A stretch of 64,000 bases of DNA from Minisyncoccota bacterium (GTDB lineage Bacteria > Patescibacteriota > Minisyncoccia > Phycocordibacterales > CSBR16-193), in NCBI GenBank assembly GCA_040905715.1, contig JBBDRA010000003.1, positions 263,142-327,141 of the forward strand. Reading direction: 5' to 3'. Under the pieces are notes generated by a model that had not been told where the DNA came from, searched no databases, and saw only the letters and a program-made list of their open reading frames with translations. Positions 8,878 to 17,792 of this stretch are shown in pieces. Position numbers and translations under genes: made by a program. Every line of letters starts with the position of its first letter. Within the stretch, counting starts at the first letter, position 1.

Positions 8878-10026
8878 ATGAAGCGGATATTTATATTATT
8901 TATAATTCTGGTGCTCGTTGGCACTGCGGCGTGGTACTTATTTGGAACAGCCCTGACAAACAATGCAGGCTCAAGTGCAACAAGTACGGACCAGCAGCAA
9001 GACGCTAACGGTGATTCAGTCCAGAGGGAAGCAATGCAGGTTATTGCAACAGATCTTGCGGTTCCGTGGGATATTGCCTTCTTGCCCGGCGAGCGAATGC
9101 TGGTAACTGAGCGTGGTGGGAGACTTGTGGAAATGGATCTTGATGGGGAAGATCAAGCACACATCTCAGTCGATGGTGTTGTTCAGAGCGGTGAAGGCGG
9201 ATTGCTTGGTATTGTTCTGCATCCTGAGTTTGAGCAAAATCAACAGATATATCTGTATATGGCCCAGGACACGGATAGAGGAGTGTTCGAGAATAAAGTT
9301 GTGCGCTATCGGTATAATAGTGGGGAGCTTTCTGAAGAGGAAGTGGTCATTGAGGGGATTGAAGGTGCGCAGTATCATGATGGCGGACGAATGGAGTTCG
9401 GCCCGGACGGTCTGCTTTATGTTACTACCGGCGATGCGGGACTGCGTGATCCGGCTCAAGATATAAATTCGCTTTCCGGTAAAACACTGCGTGTGCATCC
9501 GGACGGTTCAATACCGTCGAATAATCCATTTGAGAATGAAGTGTATTCTTACGGTCATCGAAATTCTCAAGGATTGGCCTGGGATGAGAGCGGACGCCTC
9601 TGGAGCACTGAGCACGGTCGTTCCGGTGTACAGAGTGGTATGGACGAGATCAATCTCATCGAGTCAGGCAGTAATTATGGCTGGCCGGAGATAGAGGGAG
9701 ATGAGACCGCAGAGGGGATGATTGCGCCGGCAGAACATTCCGGCCCGGATATTACCTGGGCTCCGGCGAGTGCTACCTACTGGGACGGCAGTATCTTCTT
9801 TGGCGGTCTAAGAGGGGCGGCAGTGTATGAGGCGGTGCTCGATGGTGAGGAGGTAACGGAGATCCGTCAACATTTCTTTGAGGAATTTGGTCGGATTCGC
9901 ACAACCAGACTTGGTCCGGACGGTTATTTCTACTTTACCACTTCAAATCGCGACGGCAGGGGCGAGTCTTCGACAGATGATGACCGCATAATACGTGTTG
10001 ATCCTGAGCAAGTCTTTCGTAACTAA
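8878..10026 (+). CDS. soluble PQQ-dependent glucose/sorbosone dehydrogenase-like beta-propeller (YliI-like aldose sugar dehydrogenase)
   Basis: Signal peptide. Motifs LAVPWDIAFLPGERMLVTERGGRL and GGLLGIVLHPEF, and a ..HGRSG.. propeller blade pattern typical of the GSDH family. Confidence 0.7.
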   Translation: MKRIFILFIILVLVGTAAWYLFGTALTNNAGSSATSTDQQQDANGDSVQREAMQVIATDLAVPWDIAFLPGERMLVTERGGRLVEMDLDGEDQAHISVDGVVQSGEGGLLGIVLHPEFEQNQQIYLYMAQDTDRGVFENKVVRYRYNSGELSEEEVVIEGIEGAQYHDGGRMEFGPDGLLYVTTGDAGLRDPAQDINSLSGKTLRVHPDGSIPSNNPFENEVYSYGHRNSQGLAWDESGRLWSTEHGRSGVQSGMDEINLIESGSNYGWPEIEGDETAEGMIAPAEHSGPDITWAPASATYWDGSIFFGGLRGAAVYEAVLDGEEVTEIRQHFFEEFGRIRTTRLGPDGYFYFTTSNRDGRGESSTDDDRIIRVDPEQVFRN

Positions 10027-10058
10027 CACAACCTGCTTGAACTTGAATAGATAGCAAT

Positions 10059-10088
10059 ACAACACCGGCGGCCATCGCTCGGTGTTGT
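10059..10088 (+). terminator. hairpin after GSDH-like gene (weak terminator candidate)
   Basis: acaacaccg / cggtgttgt 9-bp stem. Only a short T-rich trail. Confidence 0.35.
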
Positions 10089-10180
10089 AACTATTTCTGT
10101 AGCAGAACGTTTGTATTGTAACCAGGTGCATGGGTTTTTGCGCTCCCGCCCAACTGTGCAAATGCGCTAAAAATTTCGGT

Positions 10181-10209
10181 AGATAGTGAAACCCATGAAT
10201 TCACTATCT
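10181..10209. promoter_or_regulatory. 10-bp perfect inverted repeat agatagtgaa-N9-ttcactatct in a 400-nt convergent intergenic region
   Basis: Arms are exact reverse complements. No gene start nearby because both flanking genes converge. Confidence 0.3.
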
Positions 10210-10356
10210 GATCACTAAGCTTTGTGGTAGCAGAGAAGCGTCGGCTTTGAATGAATACGTGTTGTATGCCAGCGTATTTATAACCATCCGCTAATGCTGT
10301 CTGCCTTTATATGAAGACGCAGTGACAGCTGGTTATCTTACAGAGATCGTAACAAT

Positions 10357-10395
10357 AAAATAGAAATAAAAACCGCACAGGGTTAAACCGTGCGG
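10357..10395 (-). terminator. rho-independent terminator for the minus-strand gene ending at 10426
   Basis: ccgcac / gtgcgg stem. On the minus strand it is followed by TTTTTATTTCTATTTT. Confidence 0.55.
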
Positions 10396-10425
10396 CAAGA
10401 TACTCTCCGGTCTGGAAAGATCTGT

Positions 10426-11073
10426 TTATAAACGAATGATCGATGATCGAGAGACAACCCCGTAAGACAGGTCGACGATAAGCTCAAGTCCCTCGCAGGC
10501 TCCGAATTTATGGTCCGTGATCCTGTCGGAGCCAAGTTCCCAGCAGCACCCGCTCCAGGCGATCATTGCCGCCATAAGGATATTATGACCGACAATAAAT
10601 ATGTTGCGTCTCTTGTTTTTTTGAACAGTTTGGAGAAGCCTACTCCAGGCGCTTGTGGCAAGATCCTTGAGTATTTCGCATTCCTTCTCGTGACCACGAA
10701 AACTGTAGGAGTCAAGCGCACTGCTCATGACGCTGTTCATGAAGATCTGCATGCTGTCTCGAATGTACGTATCCGATGCATCCTTGCCTTGAGGGTAGAA
10801 AAGCTCAGGCATTTCTACTCTCCTGATACTGCATTCTTCCATTACCTCCATGATCGTTTTGATTCCTATTGTGGCTTGCGATGTCACGATGAGATCGAAA
10901 ACCTTTGCGCCGTTGTGATTTTGAAAGTATTTCCTCAGCTGCTTGGCGCGGTTCGCTCCTTTTTGAGTGAGTTGCTGTGGCAGGTCCTTGATCTCTGTTG
11001 GGTAGGGTAGTTTGACCTCTTCTGCCGGTAGCACCAAGGTAAAACGTGCCTCATTAGGTCCAAGTGAGCTCAT
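10426..11073 (-). CDS. histidine-phosphatase-superfamily-like protein (phosphoglycerate mutase fold), catalytic RHG motif apparently not conserved
   Basis: Overall pattern follows His-phosphatase branch 1 (..LVLPAEE.. where LVRHGE is expected; C-terminal IFIVGHNILMAAM resembles the VxHG motif). Assignment is tentative. Confidence 0.35.
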   Translation of the reverse strand: MSSLGPNEARFTLVLPAEEVKLPYPTEIKDLPQQLTQKGANRAKQLRKYFQNHNGAKVFDLIVTSQATIGIKTIMEVMEECSIRRVEMPELFYPQGKDASDTYIRDSMQIFMNSVMSSALDSYSFRGHEKECEILKDLATSAWSRLLQTVQKNKRRNIFIVGHNILMAAMIAWSGCCWELGSDRITDHKFGACEGLELIVDLSYGVVSRSSIIRL

Positions 11074-11208
11074 CGGGTGTCCTCCTGATCCGATCTAAAA
11101 AGGTACAACAGACTATACTTTACGGTATAAGGGCGATTCGTCAAATGCTTTTGACGATAGTGTTCTTTTGGTCAGCTGTAGTCGATACGGTATACTACGT
11201 GCATATTT

Positions 11209-12903
11209 ATGAATCAAGATACAGCTCTCGACATCCTCAAGATCGGTGCCAATGTATTTCTCACCGGAGAGCCCGGTTCAGGCAAAACGCACACTATAAA
11301 TCGCTATATTGAGTACCTGGAGCGACACAGCGTAGACCCTGCAGTGACCGCGTCAACCGGTATTGCGGCAACTCACGTGGGAGGTTACACCATCCACTCC
11401 TGGAGCGGGATCGGTGCGCGAACCGAGCTTGATGAGTGGGCACTCGAAGAGCTTACGCAAAAAGAGGCTGTGGTCAAACGAGTGAACAAGACCGATGTGT
11501 TGATCGTTGAGGAGGTCTCGATGCTCGACGCACGGTTTATCGATACGCTCGACGAGGTCCTCCGGGCGCTGCGTCAAAGCGAAGAGCCGTTTGGCGGAAT
11601 GCAGGTCGTGTTCGTCGGTGACTTCTTCCAGTTGCCACCGGTCTCACGTGAGCGGCAGATGCAGTTCGCGTTTCGCTCAAATGCCTGGCGCCAGGCAAAA
11701 CCTGTCGTGTGTTATTTGAGCGAGCAACACCGACAGGAAGATGAGGCATTTCTTTCTCTGCTCACGGCGCTTCGTCGTCGCGATGTGCGAGACGAGCACG
11801 TGGATGCACTTCGGGAACGCAAGATGGATCCGGGTGACCAACTCGATGAACCGGCAACGCAGCTGTACAGTCACAACGCGGACGTCGATCGTATCAACGA
11901 CGAAGAGCTGGGCAAGCTCTCTACAAAGCTCTGTACGTATGAGATGCATTCTGAAGGCACGAAGTCTGTTGTTGAACAGCTTAAACGAGGCTGCCTTTCT
12001 CCGGAGACGCTGACATTAAAGATCGGCGCGGTGGTCATGTTCACCAAGAATAATTTTGAAGAGCGGTATGTGAACGGCACAGTCGGCGAAGTGGTGGATT
12101 TTGACAGTTCTGACAATCCGATCGTCGAGACCACTACCGGCGAGCGTATCACGGTCGGTCCGATGGATTGGGCAGTCGAGCACAACGGCAAGATCCGGGC
12201 CAAGATTAATCAGCTTCCGTTACGTCTTGCCTGGGCGATAACAGTTCACAAGAGTCAGGGAATGAGTATGGACTCGGCGATCGTTGATCTCTCGAAAGCG
12301 TTTGAGTATGGGCAGGGGTATGTGGCGCTCTCACGTGTGCGCACACTTAAAGGTCTTCACTTGATAGGCTTTAACGAGCGTGCGCTTCAGGTGCATCCGG
12401 ATGTAGCTGATCAGGATCAGGAATTTCACAGCCGATCAAAGGCGGCTGAGAAGAGATTTGCTGAATTAGATGCTGCAAAGCTTCAAAAAATGCATGACAA
12501 CTTTTTAACCGCGATCGACGGGACGCTCGGCGAGATAAGCGATGAGGAATTTCATGGGTCAAAGGAAGAAAAGCGAGCCCGCAGCAGTTCCGGCGAGACG
12601 TATGAGAAGACCTTGAACTACCTGAATGAAGGCTGGAAGATCAGTGATATCGCTAAAGAGCGCAGACTAGCGGCATCGACCGTATTTTCACACCTCGAGA
12701 AGTTGGTTAATAACGGTCGGCTTGATCCAAATTCGCTCAAATACCTCTGGGAAGAAACGCAACGCTCGTTCGATGAGTTGGATGATATTCACGGTGCGTT
12801 CAACGAACTCGATACCATAAAACTCACACCTGTGATGAAGCATTTTGATAATGAGTATACGTTTGATGAGTTAAAGTTGGCGAGAATACTGAAATTGGAC
12901 TGA
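11209..12903 (+). CDS. PIF1-family (RecD-like SF1B) helicase with C-terminal helix-turn-helix extension
   Basis: Walker A GEPGSGKT; VTASTGIAAT; IVEEVSMLD; FGGMQVVFVGDFFQLPPV (PIF1 signature); ITVHKSQGM. C-terminal ~80 aa are HTH-like (ISDIAKERRLAASTVFSHLEKL). Confidence 0.8.
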   Translation: MNQDTALDILKIGANVFLTGEPGSGKTHTINRYIEYLERHSVDPAVTASTGIAATHVGGYTIHSWSGIGARTELDEWALEELTQKEAVVKRVNKTDVLIVEEVSMLDARFIDTLDEVLRALRQSEEPFGGMQVVFVGDFFQLPPVSRERQMQFAFRSNAWRQAKPVVCYLSEQHRQEDEAFLSLLTALRRRDVRDEHVDALRERKMDPGDQLDEPATQLYSHNADVDRINDEELGKLSTKLCTYEMHSEGTKSVVEQLKRGCLSPETLTLKIGAVVMFTKNNFEERYVNGTVGEVVDFDSSDNPIVETTTGERITVGPMDWAVEHNGKIRAKINQLPLRLAWAITVHKSQGMSMDSAIVDLSKAFEYGQGYVALSRVRTLKGLHLIGFNERALQVHPDVADQDQEFHSRSKAAEKRFAELDAAKLQKMHDNFLTAIDGTLGEISDEEFHGSKEEKRARSSSGETYEKTLNYLNEGWKISDIAKERRLAASTVFSHLEKLVNNGRLDPNSLKYLWEETQRSFDELDDIHGAFNELDTIKLTPVMKHFDNEYTFDELKLARILKLD

Positions 12904-13072
12904 GTGTGCTTGCTGTTTCTTTATTACTGTATATACTCTGGAAACAATATAGCAAGAAGGATGAGGTGGCCTACGTGAAAGAGGGCGCAGCTCCACTGAA
13001 AGAGTGGAGTATTCTTTGGGTCATATACAGCAGATACATCAATATTATAAATAGAAAAGATAAGCAGGTAGC

Positions 13073-14071
13073 ATGCAGCAGCACAGAAACGTAGTTAAAG
13101 TTGATCAGAAGCCAGCGTTCTCATTTAGTGATCGGGTGGTGAAGCTCCTTAAAAAATATGATCCGGAGAATGTGCACGGGGCACGACGACTTACCTTTGG
13201 AGGCGTCAGTGAAGGAAGGGATGTTTACAACATCACCGCACCGTTTGTATGGAACGGCAAGAAATATTTACTTGGACGAGTAGAAAGCCGTGACTCGGAG
13301 GTGGATACCGAGACGGTGCTTTTTGCAAATGAAGCAACTACAGGGGAATGGATTCGTGAGGAGGCGTTTGCATCACTTTCTCTGCAGGATCCTTTCATCG
13401 CCCAGATTCACGGCCAAGTCGTTATTGGCGGAGTGGAGGTGGCTTTCCGAGAGAAGACCCAGCGACTTACTTACCGGACGGTATTTTACCGAGGAGATAA
13501 CCCGTTTTCTGTAACTCGCTTTGCGCGTGGACCGTGGAAGATGAAGGGTGTGCGCCCGGTTGAGCTAACTGATGGAAGGATCGGTGTCTTTACACGACCG
13601 CAAGGAAGAATAGGTCGACGTGGCCGGATCGGCTTTACGATCATCGGATCACTAAATGAGCTGACTCCTCGACGACTCCTTGCTGCACCTCTACTCTCAA
13701 AGCAGTTTGCTCGCGGCGAGTGGGGCGGGGTGAATGAGGCCACGTGCATGAGCGATGGCAGAATACAAGTACTCGGTCATGTCGCCAGGTTCTCCCAAAG
13801 CGGTCTGCGACATTACTACCCGATCGCGTTTCTGTTTGACCCGTACTCAAGAGGAGTAAGTGATTTTAATATTATTGGATGTCGGAGTGACCTGCCGGCA
13901 GGGGAAACAAAGCGCGAGGATCTACATGATGTAGTGTATCCGGGCGGTATTGTTCGAGACGGGGAAGGGTCCGCGCGCCTGTATGTTGGAGTGAGTGACG
14001 CTGAGGCGGTAGAGGTGGTGATGAACGATCCGTTCACCGGATTAGAATCTCTCGTATTGAATCCAGCGTAA
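13073..14071 (+). CDS. hypothetical protein, possibly DUF1861 / GH43-like beta-propeller fold
   Basis: 332 aa soluble protein with repeated G-rich beta-strand motifs. Only a weak family recollection. Confidence 0.3.
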   Translation: MQQHRNVVKVDQKPAFSFSDRVVKLLKKYDPENVHGARRLTFGGVSEGRDVYNITAPFVWNGKKYLLGRVESRDSEVDTETVLFANEATTGEWIREEAFASLSLQDPFIAQIHGQVVIGGVEVAFREKTQRLTYRTVFYRGDNPFSVTRFARGPWKMKGVRPVELTDGRIGVFTRPQGRIGRRGRIGFTIIGSLNELTPRRLLAAPLLSKQFARGEWGGVNEATCMSDGRIQVLGHVARFSQSGLRHYYPIAFLFDPYSRGVSDFNIIGCRSDLPAGETKREDLHDVVYPGGIVRDGEGSARLYVGVSDAEAVEVVMNDPFTGLESLVLNPA

Positions 14072-14196
14072 CACTCACATCACTGATCAAGCCAAAATAC
14101 TCTGGAAGCACTTCCACACACATTTTCTCTGGACCCGGATAGAACCATATATTTGAAAGGGAAGTTTAGATTAAGAGTGATTAGGGTGTGATTACA

Positions 14197-14229
14197 TAAA
14201 TATAATAAAAAAGAACTCCCGCAGGAGTT
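14197..14229. terminator. bidirectional terminator between convergent genes
   Basis: AAAAAA-gaactcc-cgca-ggagttc-TTTTG. Confidence 0.65.
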
Positions 14230-14260
14230 CTTTTGTGTAATGAATTGAGGAACGCGTGTG

Positions 14261-14803
14261 TCAAACGAGCCGCTTAGCCTCGTTTGGATCGGAAAGATCG
14301 TTTGCAATAACAATCGGATCACTTTCGCCCGATTGCATTCGGTGCAACAGTTCTTCTGTTGGCGAAAGGACGCGGTCTACAACACCTGGAGGAATCCAGA
14401 ATCCAGCACGATCTATTCCGGAATCACCACAGTCCCAACGAAGACAGCCCACGAGCTGCACGGGGTCTTGGTTGTAGACCACTGCATATTCGGGTATCTC
14501 AAAGCTTTTCGTTGGCGTGTAGAGCGTAATCGGCTCAGCAGGGAAGATTGATTTGCCGCACCAGGCGCACTTGATGCAGGCGGCGGCGAGACATTTGGCA
14601 CAGTACTGCTCATGCGGTGGCTGGGTGACGTATACCCATTTACCTGTATCGGGGTCGTGAAATCGTTCCACCCGACGGCACGCTTCTTTACATTTTTTGC
14701 AAAAACATCGCTTCCCGATCATCTTTAATGTCCAGTAGGATCTCCAAAACTTGAAATGCATCTCGAACCCTTTCGTTGGAGTGTTCAGTTTTGACCGGCA
14801 CAA
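14261..14803 (-). CDS. cysteine-rich hypothetical protein (probable zinc-ribbon / metal-binding)
   Basis: CFCKKCKEAC, CAKCLAAACIKCAWCGK and GCLRWDCGD clusters. Divergent neighbour of csoR. Confidence 0.4.
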   Translation of the reverse strand: MCRSKLNTPTKGFEMHFKFWRSYWTLKMIGKRCFCKKCKEACRRVERFHDPDTGKWVYVTQPPHEQYCAKCLAAACIKCAWCGKSIFPAEPITLYTPTKSFEIPEYAVVYNQDPVQLVGCLRWDCGDSGIDRAGFWIPPGVVDRVLSPTEELLHRMQSGESDPIVIANDLSDPNEAKRLV

Positions 14804-14850
14804 CTATACCACGAGATTTTATTAACACAAGTTACCTAACATGTAACGTG

Positions 14851-14880
14851 TTGACCATATACCCCTAGGGGGTATATACT
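14851..14880 (+). promoter_or_regulatory. csoR promoter (TTGACC-N18-TATACT) with embedded perfect palindromic CsoR-type operator TATACCCC-tag-GGGGTATA (14858-14876)
   Basis: -35 TTGACC 14851-14856, -10 TATACT 14875-14880, ATG at 14887 (near-leaderless). 8-bp arms are perfect reverse complements, as in known GC-rich CsoR operators. Confidence 0.65.
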
Positions 14881-14886
14881 GGAAAC

Positions 14887-15156
14887 ATGAAACAAGATAT
14901 TAAAAAACAGCTTCTGAACCGACTTGCTCGGCTTGAGGGGCAGGTGCGCGGTCTGAAGAATATGGTTGAGAATGAAGAGTACTGTGTGGATATTATTACC
15001 CAGTCGCACGCGGTGCGGAGCTCTCTCGGCTCTTTTGAGTCGTTGATGTTGAAGAATCATTTAGAGACGCATGTTCTTGAACAAATAAAGACTGGTGAGG
15101 ACAAGAAGGCGTGCGAAGAGATCATAAAGATCTATAATCTGTCTAATAAAAAATAG
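14887..15156 (+). CDS. csoR: CsoR/RcnR-family metal-sensing transcriptional repressor
   Basis: LNRLARLEGQVRGLKNMVENEEYCVDIITQSHAV is near-identical in pattern to the CsoR signature helix. A palindromic operator overlaps its promoter. A P1B ATPase lies immediately downstream. Confidence 0.85.
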   Translation: MKQDIKKQLLNRLARLEGQVRGLKNMVENEEYCVDIITQSHAVRSSLGSFESLMLKNHLETHVLEQIKTGEDKKACEEIIKIYNLSNKK

Positions 15157-15157
15157 T

Positions 15158-17335
15158 ATGAGCCACGACTGCTGTCAGGGCAATAAACACAGTGAAGCAC
15201 CAAAGAAAGTCGCCGGTGATAGCGGGGAGATGGTTTACACCTGCCCGATGCATCCGGAGATCGAAAAAAGTGCGCCGGGAATGTGTCCGGAGTGCGGGAT
15301 GAGCTTGGTCGCAAAGACGAAAAAGGCAACGAAGCAAGTAACAAAAAAGTCCCTGGGCAAAGGAGTACACGGCAAGCATGCCGGTCACTCGACCAATGTT
15401 TTTTTGAAAAAGTTCTGGATCGCGCTTACGTTGACCGTCCCCCTGGTCCTCTACTCCGATCTCGTTGAGCTTTTTGTTGGACTTGAGATGCCGCGGTTTT
15501 TCGGTTATGAGTATGTGATACTTCTTTTGGGTACGGCGGTCTTCTTCTATGGGGGCTGGGTTTTTCTTGCCGGATCGTACCGCGAGATCCGTGGGCATAT
15601 GCCCGGGATGATGACCTTGATCGCATTGGCTATAGTGGCAGCGTACACCTGGAGTGTGTATGCAACCTTCACGGCGGATATGACGCTTTTCTGGGAGCTG
15701 GGAACTCTTATTACTATAATGCTTTTGGGGCATTGGCTGGAGATGCGCTCGGTTAAAAAAGCGCGCGGGGCATTGAAGGAGCTCTCGGCACTATTGCCTG
15801 ACACGGTGGAGGTAGAGCGTAATGGGAAGATCGAAACGATCTCTGTCGCTGAGCTTAAAAGTGGGGATGTAGTGCATTTGAAACCCGGCGGAAGAGTGCC
15901 GACTGACGGTGAAGTGGTAGAAGGTGTATCTGAGATAGACGAGTCGATCGCTACCGGCGAGTCAAAACCGGTTGCTAAAAAAGAAGGTGATGAGGTTATC
16001 GCCGGTACGATAAATGCCGATGGCTTTCTGAAGATCAAGGTAACCAATGTTGGAGAGGAGACGTTTCTGGCGAACGTCATGCGGCTGGTTGCCGAAGCTG
16101 AGTCTTCAAAGTCGCGTCTGCAGCTCCTCTCTGACAAAGCAGCGTTTGTACTGACACTCGTCGCTGTTTCTGTCGGTGCGATAACGTTCGTGGCCTGGCT
16201 TTCGCTCGGAGGTGAGGTCTCTTTTGCGGTCGCTCGCTTGGTTGCCGTGCTGGTCATTGCCTGTCCGCATGCTCTGGGATTGGCAGTACCGCTGGTTGCC
16301 TCTATCTCAACTGGAATGGCGGCCGAGAACGGCTTTGTGGTCAAGAGTCGTCTGGCGTTGGAGTCGGCTCGATCGGTGGATACGGTCCTGTTCGATAAGA
16401 CCGGCACGCTTACACACGGTGAGTTTTGGCTCGATGAGGTGTTTCCGGCGAACGGGTTCGATACTGCCGATGTTCTAAAGTTTGCCGGTTCAGTCAACAA
16501 AGGCTCGGAGCACGCTATTGCCAAAGCAGTGGTGGAAGGTGTGCGCGAGCAAGGTGTCGAGATTGTGGCCGTTACCGGTTTTGAGCGGGTGCCAGGTAAA
16601 GGGGCAAAGGGTACGGTTGATGGTGCAAAGGTGTTGATCGGAAGCGAGGCTCTTTTGGATGAGGCGGGGTTCGAGATACCTGAGGATATTACAAGCAGTA
16701 TTGATGAGGAGGCCAAGAAGGGGAAGACGGTTGTGCACGCTGTAGTTAATGGCAAATACGCTGGTGCGCTGTCTCTCTCGGACAAGGTGCGTACTGAGTC
16801 AAAGGAGGCAGTTGAAATGCTTCATAAGGAAGGTATTCGGGTGGCTATGGTTACCGGAGATTCAGAGGAGACGGCGGCGTGGGTTTCCAGCAAGCTTGGT
16901 ATAGATGAGTACTTTGCGCGGGTTCTGCCGGAGGAGAAGATAGAAAAGGTTCGCGCGCTCCAGGCGCGCGGAGAACGGGTGGCGATGGTCGGCGATGGGG
17001 TCAACGACGCGCCGGCGTTAGCGCAGGCAGATCTTGGTATTGCTATCGGTGCTGGAACCAATGTGGCCATTGAGTCGGCCGGTATTGTCTTGGTGAGGAA
17101 TGATCTGCGCGATATCGGCAAAATAATTCGCCTGTCGCGTCTAACCTGGAGAAAGATGATTCAGAACCTGTTCTGGGCGACCGGGTATAACATTGTGGCA
17201 CTACCATTGGCGGCGGGCGCTCTGGTTACCTTCGGAGTGCCGGCTATTGATCCGGCGGTTGGGGCGATCTTTATGTCAGCCAGTACGGTGATCGTTGCGT
17301 TCAACGCAGTGTTGATGAGACGGGTGAAATTATAA
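15158..17335 (+). CDS. copB: copper-translocating P1B-type ATPase, CopB-like (CPH motif) with N-terminal CPxCGM heavy-metal-binding domain
   Basis: N-terminus YTCPMHPEIEKSAPGMCPECGMSL (HMBD-type); TM CPH motif (VIACPHALG); DKTGTLT; GDGVNDAPAL; 8-TM P1B topology. Confidence 0.85.
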   Translation: MSHDCCQGNKHSEAPKKVAGDSGEMVYTCPMHPEIEKSAPGMCPECGMSLVAKTKKATKQVTKKSLGKGVHGKHAGHSTNVFLKKFWIALTLTVPLVLYSDLVELFVGLEMPRFFGYEYVILLLGTAVFFYGGWVFLAGSYREIRGHMPGMMTLIALAIVAAYTWSVYATFTADMTLFWELGTLITIMLLGHWLEMRSVKKARGALKELSALLPDTVEVERNGKIETISVAELKSGDVVHLKPGGRVPTDGEVVEGVSEIDESIATGESKPVAKKEGDEVIAGTINADGFLKIKVTNVGEETFLANVMRLVAEAESSKSRLQLLSDKAAFVLTLVAVSVGAITFVAWLSLGGEVSFAVARLVAVLVIACPHALGLAVPLVASISTGMAAENGFVVKSRLALESARSVDTVLFDKTGTLTHGEFWLDEVFPANGFDTADVLKFAGSVNKGSEHAIAKAVVEGVREQGVEIVAVTGFERVPGKGAKGTVDGAKVLIGSEALLDEAGFEIPEDITSSIDEEAKKGKTVVHAVVNGKYAGALSLSDKVRTESKEAVEMLHKEGIRVAMVTGDSEETAAWVSSKLGIDEYFARVLPEEKIEKVRALQARGERVAMVGDGVNDAPALAQADLGIAIGAGTNVAIESAGIVLVRNDLRDIGKIIRLSRLTWRKMIQNLFWATGYNIVALPLAAGALVTFGVPAIDPAVGAIFMSASTVIVAFNAVLMRRVKL

Positions 17336-17348
17336 TTAGATATAAAAT

Positions 17349-17789
17349 ATGCATAAATATAAAAAAAGTATTGGTGCGCTCGCAGGCATTCTAATGTTTG
17401 CTCCCCTGGGCGTTATGGCTCACGGAGGTCCGACGGTTCCTCACGACAGTTCAGCATCTGCGATAATGATGATGCATATGGAAGAAGAGGCTTTAGGTTC
17501 TGATCGGCACGAGGAGATGGAGGTGTTAATGGAAAAGCTTTTTGCCGGTGAGCTTAGTGAAGAAGAGTCAGTGCAACTTGAAAAGCTCTCTCGTGATCAC
17601 TCCGGAGCGTTCAGCATGATGGCAAACCGAATGCATCACCATGATGGACAGCAAGCAATGATCCCCGGAAGCTCGATGTTCTCGAGTGCTACCGGGTGGG
17701 CCGGAGTACTGATGGCTCTGGCGTGGCTGGTGTGGATCGGTGTTGGCGTAGCACTTCTGGCTTTGCTTCTTAAAAAAATAATCAAGTAA
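17349..17789 (+). CDS. Met/His-rich secreted protein with C-terminal TM anchor (putative periplasmic copper-binding protein)
   Basis: Signal peptide. MMMHMEEE and MMANRMHHHD Met/His motifs. C-terminal hydrophobic helix. Sits inside the cop cluster. Confidence 0.5.
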   Translation: MHKYKKSIGALAGILMFAPLGVMAHGGPTVPHDSSASAIMMMHMEEEALGSDRHEEMEVLMEKLFAGELSEEESVQLEKLSRDHSGAFSMMANRMHHHDGQQAMIPGSSMFSSATGWAGVLMALAWLVWIGVGVALLALLLKKIIK

Positions 17790-17792
17790 CAA

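Noticed and set aside
12906-13094. 62-aa ORF between the PIF1 gene and the next gene
   Set aside because: It overlaps the start of the following gene, has an AT-rich low-complexity sequence and lacks RBS and promoter features. Probably spurious.
15547-16785. 412-aa minus-strand ORF antisense to the copper ATPase
   Set aside because: It is a shadow ORF. The plus strand carries unambiguous P1B-ATPase motifs (CPH, DKTGTLT, GDGVNDAPAL), and the antisense product is Ser/Ala/Thr low complexity.
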